From Folioceros fuciformis (lineage: Eukaryota), in contig JBNGIO010006231.1 in NCBI GenBank assembly GCA_049999805.1, positions 98,413 through 162,412 on the forward strand: 64,000 nucleotides of DNA, read 5' to 3'. Under the pieces are notes generated by a model. That model saw nothing but the letters and a program-made list of their open reading frames with translations, was not told where the DNA came from and made no database searches. The translations under genes were made by a program, and so were the position numbers. Of this stretch, positions 12,837 to 22,058 are shown piece after piece. How positions within the stretch are numbered: the stretch's first letter is position 1; each line of letters opens with the position of its first letter.

Positions 12837-13467
12837 ACCGGGAAAACTTGAAGCCATCGTCATGTCCGTCGTGAGGAACTTTCCTTGCACGCATCAAACC
12901 TGTCCAATCTCCTTCCACAGAGCTCAACGCAGCAATCTATGGTGCAGCTCGCTCTCAGACAAGCCAGATAACAAGAGCTTCGTGCAACCAAGAAGAAGCT
13001 CATCGGCAAAAGACGTGGACGCGCTAATTATCCAGACTACAAGTCGTGCCCCTGTGCCCCCACTCAACTTTCCTCATCTTCTGTTAGAACCTGGTGCATA
13101 AAATTCTGGTAGCGCAGATGGTCTACACAGTGGCATTTGCGAGACATCATTCTTAGTAGCCATATAGGCACACTCACATGCAGTCAGGCTGGTACGCACG
13201 TAGTTACTAGCATGCTCCCAGCTTCTATCAAAATCACCTCACAGTTGTGCACCCTGGCGTAGGATGATGTTTGCACATGGAAAATGTTGAGCACGGTCCA
13301 ATACCACAGGAAATACAATGAAGCACGCAGCCTTCTCCTGAAGCGAGATATCGCGGACTGATGAGATGGCTACGCCTTCCTGCACAGCCCTCTCTGCAGG
13401 TGACAACAACGCCGAGACCCTAAGCAAGTCGACACCGGGGCATGATTCGTGATTACCTTCACCTGTA

Positions 13468-13902
13468 TCACTTCAATTTGCCTCTCAACTTGACCCCAAG
13501 AATGCGCTCCATCTTAGCCAAAACTTGCTGGTTAGGTACCGCCTTGCCCGCCTCGTACTCCTGCACAACCTGGGGCCTCTCGTTGATCTGCTGCGCTAAC
13601 TGAGCTTGTGTCAACTTCTTGTCGATTCTGGCCTTCTGGATGGCATGTCGCACTTCGCTGGCCACCTTCTCGAGAGTCCCCGGTTCCGTTTCCTCATCCA
13701 GCTTCCGTGCGTTGACGGAGGTCGAGGCGTCTTTCTTGTTGGTGCCGGCATCAAACTTTTTCACTGTGAGCAGATCGGCCCCAGACCTGAGGGCAGCATT
13801 CACCGTCCGGGGATCCCGAGCCGCCGACGCATTTGCAGCCCTTTTGTGGACCACAACAGGTTCCCAATCCTCGTTCAAGGGCCCGCTGGACCTGTTTGGC
13901 AT
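13468..13902 (-). CDS. MBF1c: Multiprotein bridging factor 1c (intronless, 144 aa)
   Basis: MPxRxSGPLNEDWEPVVVHK, TVKKFDAGTNKK, NARKLDEETE, HTH region KKLTQAQLAQQINERPQVVQEYEAGKAVPNQQVLAKMERILGVKLRGK; single exon, as for the plant group II/MBF1c type. Confidence 0.93.
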   Translation of the reverse strand: MPNRSSGPLNEDWEPVVVHKRAANASAARDPRTVNAALRSGADLLTVKKFDAGTNKKDASTSVNARKLDEETEPGTLEKVASEVRHAIQKARIDKKLTQAQLAQQINERPQVVQEYEAGKAVPNQQVLAKMERILGVKLRGKLK

Positions 13903-14039
13903 CCCTGCTTCTTGCTCGATCCGCCTACCTGCTACTCTGGTGTCTCGCGAGAGCGCTCACTCTAACCTACCCCACGGTTACAATTGTACAGAATGCCCTA
14001 GAACGTCGCCCCAAACATCGCTGCCAGAACAACCCTGGT

Positions 14040-14190
14040 CTCACACTGGGTAGACGCTGCTGTTCCGGGAGCGCCAACTGTCTACCGGGATTTAATGATA
14101 CTGAAGGCAGCAGGGTCGAATTTGTCTTCTCCATTTGGTACCAAGGAATGGAGGCTGCTGACCAGATATCGAGGATGATGGGTTCGGGGA
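14040..14190 (+). pseudogene. Remnant of exon 1-intron 1-exon 2 start of the conserved unknown gene at 15681
   Basis: caactgtctaccgggatttaatgatactg...ggaggctgctgaccagatatcgaggatgat aligns to caactctctaccgagactttatggcactg...ggaggctactgaccatatgtccagggtgat; ATG and donor site lost. Confidence 0.7.
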
Positions 14191-14235
14191 CATGGTGTGA
14201 TACATTTGTGGGGGGATTGCACACGGTTACAAGGC

Positions 14236-14243
14236 TTTATATA
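14236..14243 (-). promoter_or_regulatory. Candidate TATA box (TATATAAA on minus strand) upstream of MBF1c
   Basis: tttatata on + strand, about 340 nt upstream of the MBF1c ATG; position not validated. Confidence 0.3.
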
Positions 14244-14314
14244 TTGGCTTGTGGCTTCCCAAATTGGGTAGGCTGTCCTTCCACACAGAGATGCTGTGCG
14301 CGCTCATGGGCGTC

Positions 14315-15430
14315 TGATGTGGTTTGGGCTAGACTCTGAGGACATTCAAGTCGCAGACACATATGAGATCAGGGACATCTAGCCACCCACACCTACTGGA
14401 TCTTCCAGTGGTTGTTCAAGATTCATGCCCCGCAGTTGTTCAAAACACAACTGGAGTGGGGTCCTCCGGCTTGAGCTAAATGACCAGCCATCGTCATCAG
14501 TCTTGGGTCCCACTTGGAATGGCAACTCTTCCTTCGAAATGGGGCCTTCACAAGGAGTGAATTCAAAAATGCAGGCCAAGCGGCCTCATGCTGGCCCTTC
14601 GCGAGCCACGGATGCAACGCTCTTTTCCTTCCACACAGTTCACAAAATGTGTGTAACATTTCCCGCGTAGTGAAGGTCAGCTGGCCGTGCTTGCCGATGG
14701 CCATTCCAGGTTCATCTGGCCGATCACGACTTGGGAGCCGAGGTAGGATTCGCTCTTTGCTGAATCAGTCTGTATCCCTGGATTTCCCGTCTTCTGCGGG
14801 AACGATGTCTCGAAGGCGGGTTCTGACTCCAGCACACCAACAAAATTCTATGCCATCCGCTTTGCGATGCCTCCCTCTTTCCTCCCAAGTGCATGCAACG
14901 GCAATGCCCTACCGATTTGAGAGTACGCATATTCATAAACTTTCCCTTGCCCTCTTCTCCCACAGATCCCAAACTGTACAAATATTGCTCAACTGCTAGT
15001 AAGTATGAATCCCGAGCCTGAGCCTCCGCGACAGGCTTCTTCCCTACCGCCTGGCAATTGACATTCCTGCTCCGCTCCTTGCCGTCGAACGGGAGCTCAC
15101 ACCGGAAACATATTCGGCAAAACCAATTTTTCCATGCGAACGTGCACCGAGCAAACAGACGAGGCCTCCATCCGGCCACCTTCTCCGGAGTCTCGAGTTC
15201 CGCTACCTCGTCGAGCTTCCGCGCGTTGACGGAGGTGGTGGCATGTAACTGCTTCATTGTGAGCACATCGGTCCCAGACGTGATGGCAGCATTCACCACC
15301 CGTGGACTCCCGAGCCGCCGACGCATTTGCATCTATGTTGTGGACTACAAAAGGAGCCCAATTTTGATTCAGGAGGCCCGATGGATCTTATTGGAGTCTA
15401 GATTCCTGCTGAAGCTGCCTGCCTCCAACC
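14315..15430 (-). pseudogene. Composite pseudogene: MBF1c 5' half (15430-15173) joined to ADSS exon-1 fragment (15172-14930), unrelated insert, ADSS exon-3 fragment (14435-14315)
   Basis: 15173-15430 aligns to 13658-13935 (start codon mutated); 14930-15172 aligns to 18660-18905; 14315-14435 aligns to 17555-17670 ([22 protein letters not shown] region). Confidence 0.88.
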
Positions 15431-15680
15431 TTAGTAGAGGAAGCAAGCTCCTTGTCTAGAACTCCGCAAGCGCTTCCTAAGCTCTGCGTGCAGGGTGAGC
15501 TTCGCCCCTCAACTTCCCTTTTTGATCCCTGAAGACTGTCTTCATTACCTTCTGTCCGCGAAGGACGGGTGCCTCCTCCCTGGTGTCTCGCCAATGCGTT
15601 CTCTCGCCTGTCGCAAGGTCACGAGTGCCCTAGGTGGGGCCTAAATCACCGCTACCAGGGAAAGCTCTAGGGCTCGCGCT

Positions 15681-16872
15681 ATGGCTGCTGCTGCTGCTGG
15701 GGCTTCAACTCTCTACCGAGACTTTATGGCACTGTAAGCGTAGGGTCGCTCTTATTCTGTCTACTTGGTGTCTGGGGTGGAGGCTACTGACCATATGTCC
15801 AGGGTGATCGAGTTGGAAGGCCTGCAAAGGACAGGCGGGCAGATGTTGCGGAACTTTCAGCAGGAGCTAGGTTCGGACCAACTTTTCTGTCAGTGACGTG
15901 TAACAGTTGCTGAGAAGCTGCTGCTCACCGTGGCACTGTGGAGTGTCCTTCCAGAGTTGTTTCGGCGGCCAGCATTGAACAAGGGATCAGATGTGCTGGA
16001 CAAAGTCTTGGAGGGGGCTCCCAGTCTGCGACTTGCGACATATCTGGAAGCTGGTTGTCGTGACACTCATGCAGATAGGCTGAACGTGACAAGGTGTAAG
16101 CAGCCTCTCCTTGTCTCAGATGGGGGAACATGGCCCAGTGCCATAGCTGTGCTAATGCATGGCTTTGTACTGGCATGTGAAAAGAAGTGGATGCTACTGT
16201 GGAGGGTCTCCTGAGGCACAAAGAACATGGTGATTCTCGTCTGTGCCTCTGCTGCTTTGGACGTGTCATGGATGTGTGCAATTCATCGTCGAAAGTACAT
16301 TTTGTAGTGAACCGTTTTTTTGTCTTAAATCAAATCAGCAGGGAAGCTTATTCAGGAGCTGGCAAGTAAACTTGAGGCTGCTACACTTGTGGCTAATCAG
16401 GAGTGCGATGCACACCTCAACAGGGCTATTGCACTAGCCTGTGAGCCTGACTCAGAAGAGGAAGGTCACAATCCGGTAAGAAAGTCCTTTGACACACTAT
16501 CACCGTCCGCTGTTTCAGCTTTTTTCTGTCGTTTGTTCTATGTTCCTCTGAGAACTCGACCTGTGTGATGCAGTCACCTGGAGGCCCTCAGAGTCCCGAT
16601 TATGCCACAATGATCGCATTGCTGCTAGGCATGCTCCGAAAGGACTACACGATGCAGGTGGGTGCCCGCAAGCGAGTGGTTGACTGTATCGCAAATTGAA
16701 TCTTTCTGTGTTTGTGACAACCAGGTCCGGCTAGTCTTGGCAGGCTAAAATTATAGATGCGCTGGGATTTCACACTCCTGCTGAACAACTGGACAGCTAC
16801 TGCGCAATGTGGACGCTGAGACCTTTCATTGACGACGAGATATTTGTCCAAGCGTTTAAGTTGACTGAATAG
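15681..16872 (+). CDS. Conserved plant uncharacterised protein ('gene X'); 7 exons (15681-15733, 15803-15870, 15955-16095, 16188-16229, 16342-16475, 16574-16657, 16744-16872)
   Basis: GT-AG splicing gives one open frame MAAAAAGASTLYRDFMALVIELEGLQRTGGQMLRNFQQELELFRRPAL...RLATYLEAGC...PDYATMIALLLGMLRKDYTMQAKIIDALGFHTPAEQLDSYCAMWTLRPFIDDEIFVQAFKLTE; the FRDFM, YIESGC, QxYxMQ and YxxMWxLRPFxxDEI pattern is recalled from an uncharacterised angiosperm family. Confidence 0.8.
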
Positions 16873-17180
16873 TAAACCGAAGTCAGGGAACTTTCGTCTG
16901 GCTTCGCAGTCGCAGCAAGCCCTTCTGTCGGAACTTCATGTCCGACGGGCAGGCTGATCACACTTAACAGCTATAGCATCCAGACCTGAGATGAGCTCTC
17001 ACCGGATTGTCAAAAAATGTCTACTTCAGATAGCTTTCTGATGTGTGCACAAGGTTGACCAGAATGACCTCAAGGGCAGCATCGCACCTGAGACGCCTGA
17101 AACCGACGCATGGCAAGCCTTAGGTCCAACCCAGCTCCTGCGGAAACCCAAGTCACCCTACTTGCCCCGCCGCTCCCACC

Positions 17181-19141
17181 CTAGTCTTTCACAATCAGAG
17201 CGTCGCGGCCTGGCCCAACACCTATGTATTGAATTGGCACCCCTGTGACGTCTTCTATTCTTTCCACGTAGTCTCTGGCGGCAGAAGGAAGATCCTTGTA
17301 CTTCCTTATTGAGCTGATGTCCGAGCTCCACCCCCGGATTTCTTCATAGATAACCTGCTCACAAACACACGCAAAACAATCAGGATTTCGCTTCACATCA
17401 CACGGGCAACGGATTTCTGCATAAATGAATAGTACCTCGACTTCTTCGAGTGTCTGTAGGTCAGAAGGAAAGGACGGTAGAACTGTCCCATCTTGTCTTT
17501 TATACGCAATGCCCAACTTCAGTTTTGGGAAAATGGACAGAACATCAAGCTTCGTGAGGTTGAGACTGGAAAAGCCATTGATGTCGCACACATATTTGAG
17601 AGCAGGCACATCTAGCCACCCACATCTCCTGGGCCTTCCAGTGGTTGTTCCAAATTCATGCCCCGCAGTCCGAAGATCAGCAGCAAGCTGATCAAAAACC
17701 TCCGTGGGAAAAGGCCCTGATCCGACTCGTGTTGCATAAGCCTTAGCCTGCAGAAACACCCGACCGACCTTTTACTGTGTTTAAAAACACATTCATCTCA
17801 ACTTTAACACCTAGATGCATCACAAACACTTACCACCCCAATAATATCACCCAGATATCTGGGAGCAATACCTAGACCCGAACAAATCCCAGCAGCAGAT
17901 GCATTAGACGACGTAACGAAAGGGTAAGTCCCGAAGTCGATGTCAAGCATCGTTGCCTGCCCTCCCTCCACCAGTATTCTTTTGCCCTGTAACCTGGCGT
18001 TGTTGATGAGGTGCACAGTGTCCGCAATATAGGGCTCCAAGCGCTCCGCGAATCGCATATAATTATCAACCTCTGCATCCAACAAGCTTTTGCTGTACTC
18101 GAAGTCATCAAACCGCTTAGCTGCATCCTGCAGAAGGATGTCCAGCTTTTCCCTGAATGTATCCGGTCGACGCAAGTCCCCAACTCGAAGGCCATTCCGA
18201 AGTGCTTTATTGGCATAGCAGGGCCCGATTCCCCGCTTAGTGGTCCCAATCATGGAATCTGCCAGTTCAGCCTCGCGCAAACCATCCACCGTTTGGTGCA
18301 TGTCAAAAAGGAGGTGAGCACGGTCAGAGACAAATATCCTGCCTTTGCAGGAGACACCACTTGCCTCCAGCCCCTCGATCTCCTTGAAAAACCCGGGCAA
18401 GTGAACAACGACACCATTGCCAATTACGCAGGTTGCGTTCGCGTTGAGAATGCCCGACGGCACAAGGTGAAGCGAGAACTTTTTGCCCTCACTGTCATAG
18501 ATGGTATGACCAGCATTGGCTCCCCCCTGCAAAAGCGGACCGAAAGTTTATCACCACCTCCCTACAAGGCCAGGGCCACAACCAACGGTGTCCTCACACC
18601 CTAATTTTGCCCTATGCATACCTGGCAACGCGCAACAATGTCGTACTGCTGTGAGAGGATATCCACAAGCTTCCCCTTGCCCTCGTCTCCCCACTGCGTC
18701 CCCAAAACGGCACAAATCTGGCTCAATTCGCTGACAGAATCACTTCCCTGCGCCTCCGAGACTGGCTTCTCCGCCACAACCTGGCACTTGACATTCCTAC
18801 TCCGATCCTTGGCGTCGAACGGGGAGCTCGCTCCTGAAACGCATCCGGCAAAAGCGAATTTTTCGTGCGAGCGCGCACTTAGGCAGACCGGGCTTCCGTC
18901 CCGAACACACCTCCACTGCCAAGGAAAGCCGATCTGAACACTTTGATCCAACCCCGTAAGCCCAGCCGGGCCGGAGAAGTGCGCAGCAGACGAGAGTCCG
19001 TGCTGCTGCTGCGGCTNNNNNNNNNNNNNNNNNNNNNNNNNNNNNNNNNNNNNNNNNNNNNNNNNNNNNNNNNNNNNNNNNNNNNNNNNNNNNNNNNNNN
19101 NNNNNNNNNNNNNNNNAGCAGGGGGCCACGGTCGGCACCAT
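17181..19141 (-). CDS. ADSS: Adenylosuccinate synthetase with N-terminal extension (likely plastid transit peptide); exons about 19141-18622 (spans N-gap), 18526-17834, 17747-17436, 17354-17181
   Basis: [81 protein letters not shown]; start codon uncertain because of the gap at 19017-19116. Confidence 0.95.
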
Positions 19142-19542
19142 GGCTGGAGAACGCGAATGGCAGCCTCCCAAAAACCAAGCACCAGCTCTCAATTTTACCA
19201 AGCTATCCAGACACCTACATACATAGGTCCCAGTATGAACCTAGTCTGCCTGGGTCGCTCCTTCACCAGGGTCGAGCTGGAAGTTGGAAAGGTTGCTGAC
19301 ACCAGTGATGAAGTAACGGAGAGTACAAAGCTCTGTAACGTGAATGTGGGTGATTTAGCAACAACAGCATAGCACAAAACTAAATTCCTCAAAGTTGTTT
19401 TTTCAAATATATATACATATACATATGATGAAAACAAAATAATTAGATACTTAATAAGTGCAATATAGGATTTTTATTCATGATCACCTTTTTTATTTGA
19501 TTATTATTGCGATAAACCGATATCCGTCCTTGATTGGGTTTC

Positions 19543-19760
19543 ATTTCTTACTAGTCTATCCAACGGTTTCTTATTAGTCGGTCCGACAATTTCTTAGTAG
19601 TTCATTTGACTTGTTTGTTATTTCTTAGTGGTCCATTTAACTATTTCTTGGTAGTTGGTTCCGTAGTTTCTTAGTAGTTAGTCTAACAATTTCTTGGTAG
19701 TTAGTTTGATAATTCCATAGAAGTTGGTTTGACCATTTATTAGAAGTGATTCATTCTTCA
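19543..19760. repeat. Degenerate 23-bp AT-rich minisatellite (tttcttagtagtt...), about 9 copies
   Basis: tttctt(a/g)(g/c/t)tagt recurs at about 23-bp period. Confidence 0.7.
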
Positions 19761-19829
19761 TATTAGATATTAGATTTCTGAGTGTAAGATTTGGTCTCCA
19801 TCTAGTATCAATCCATCCCTATAATTTTC

Positions 19830-21330
19830 GAAGGGGAACATCGATTCTCCATTGGGGATCCGCGTCTTGGGGGTCCTTGATGGCCCCCCGACTTCATCCG
19901 CGAATTTGTGGATGCAGCTTTGACGGAGGAGTTGGCGCACATTGAAGACCTTTATCAGCTTGGGGACCCACAGGTGGCCTATGACATCCTTCCCACCTGC
20001 TTTGTGCGACGCTCAGGGTACCTCATCCGCACGGTGCCTCCATCCCTAGATTTTCTTTCCAAACTGAGGAACTTCGACAAGCAGGTATTGAAGGAATTAG
20101 GGGACATTGTTGGCCCCGGGTTCATTCGATTGTACTCTAGGTGATTTGGCTAGGAGACAGGCATCCCTACCCATTGCTTCGGGTGGCATTGGGCTATTGG
20201 CATGCAGGCCTCGGTACCAGTTGTTTTTCTTGGTAGTTGGGCGCTCTCAGTCTCAGCTTTAGTGATTCGTTTCTCTTTCAGAAACTCGGGTGTTTTGGAG
20301 GGTCTTGTTAGAGGAGTTAAGGAGGGGCCATACTCCCTCCAGGAGTCCCTTAAGAGGGCCCGAGATCTCTTATCCTCACAAGCACGATTGATCATGCCTT
20401 CTTTTTCCTCCTTCCTTTGCGGGATATGAGGGGGCTTCAGGCCACCCTCATGGAACAACATTATGGGCAAGAGTTGCAAGCCCTCATGCTAGATTCCTCC
20501 ATTGACAAGTAGGCTCGGGTACGCCTTCGATCTTGTTCGAGGAAGGGCGCTGGCTCTTGCCTGTTGGTCTGTCCATGCATCCAAGATTTCCGAATCGCAC
20601 TAGCTTCTTTCTCGACTGCAATGAGGTTCTGCCTTGGCTTGGTCCAGCCGTTGGCTTGGTCTCTCTCTTCTTGTGGCTGTGGAGTCCCCCTTGACCACCT
20701 CGGGAGCCACTTGGCGTGTTGCCGTATCGGTGGGTAGCGCATCGCCACACATAGTGCAGTGAGGGCCATTATGTTTTCTTTGGCTAAGGAGGGTGTCTTC
20801 TTCCTCTACAAGGAGCGCCCATATACCTTGCTAAACGGCGTCTCCCTCATTGCAGACCTTTTCCTGACCAAGGTGGACCAGGTTTCTATATCAGATGTAG
20901 TGGTTACATACCCCACTTGGACAACCATCAGCATCGTTATCAATCCCCCAGGTTGGGCAGTAGAAGGAAGCGCGACAAGAAAGACTTGCGAGTACAGGCC
21001 CATGTAGCAGGGCCACTTGTTCATCCCCCTTGCTATTGAAATGCATGGGGCTAGGAGTAAGGATTTTTCCAGGTTTTTGAAGACACGCGCGAAGGCCCAT
21101 CACGTCAGTAGGAGCGGCATAGGGCTTCCCCTATCTGGCGTGGTGGCATTTTTCTGGCAACGGGTTTCGATTGCGTTACAAAAGGCCTTGGCAAACGCGA
21201 TTTTTCGGACAACATCAAGTACGACGGATGTGGCTTCATTGGCCCTGGTGGTAAGTAGACCATACCTCATACATGAATGTGACATCTTAGGGGCAATAGA
21301 GAGTTACAAGCTAGACAGATGAGGAGGTAA
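19830..21330 (+). mobile_element. 5'-truncated, degraded non-LTR retrotransposon with C-terminal restriction-like endonuclease (CRE/R2 group)
   Basis: GIRVLG (RT C-terminal end), zinc knuckle CGCGVPLDHLGSHLACC...RIATHSAVR, RLE-like IADL...SDVVVT, FIPLAIEMHG, QRVSIALQKALANAI; stops and frameshifts. Confidence 0.75.
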
Positions 21331-21439
21331 GGCCCCCATTCTTGGCTTTTCCCCTTTGCGGGTTGTTCCCCTTGTCACGGGGAAGATGGAACTTTCATCT
21401 CTTTTTTCTGCGGATTTTCTTCAAAATGAAAATTGTTGA

Positions 21440-21662
21440 TGCCTTTAAATTTGTAATATAATTGCATGTAGCAAGGGGCTTACCTAGAATTGGAATTGCT
21501 AATGCCTTTAAACTTGCGATATGTTTGGATGTAGCGAGGGGCCTACAATAGATTGGAATAACTGATGCCGATGCTGCTAAACTTGCGCTTGCAGCCAAGC
21601 TCTAAACCGTATTCACCAAGCTATAAACCGTATTCATTAAGTTGTAAACCGTATTTGCCAAG
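21440..21662. repeat. Short tandem repeats (about 63-bp x2; 21-bp aaaccgtatt...aag x3)
   Basis: gcctttaaa...tgtagc(a/g)aggggc twice; aaaccgtatt at about 21604, 21625 and 21646. Confidence 0.7.
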
Positions 21663-22058
21663 GCTCTTTGTAAAAGGATAAAAATATGTCTAATGAAAAA
21701 AAAAATCACCTCCCAAGAAAGAGGGAGAGGCCTATATGTAATAAGCCTTTGCTCGATATTGAAAAGTCTGGTTGCTCATGGACCTCATACCAAAGGGTTT
21801 GTTTTGCTTTCTTTTGCCTTTGTGTGTTGGACGTGAGGCAGAGCATTTTTGTTGAGATAGTATTTTGGTTTGGTTGTTGTTGGTAATAAGCATTGTGTTG
21901 GTGCCCTCGGGGTTGCGGGCCATCATATGACAGCAACAATATTGTAGGATGATTGAGGCGCAGGGCGAGCCACGTGTGGGATGCCCAAGGCGCAAATACA
22001 ACTGCTCTCATCCAAACTCTAATTCACGCTCTGGACGGAAGGAGAAGCTGGGTGTGGG

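Noticed and set aside
17355-17435. 27-aa insertion in ADSS
   Set aside because: An 81-nt in-frame GT-AG intron; removing it restores the conserved sequence
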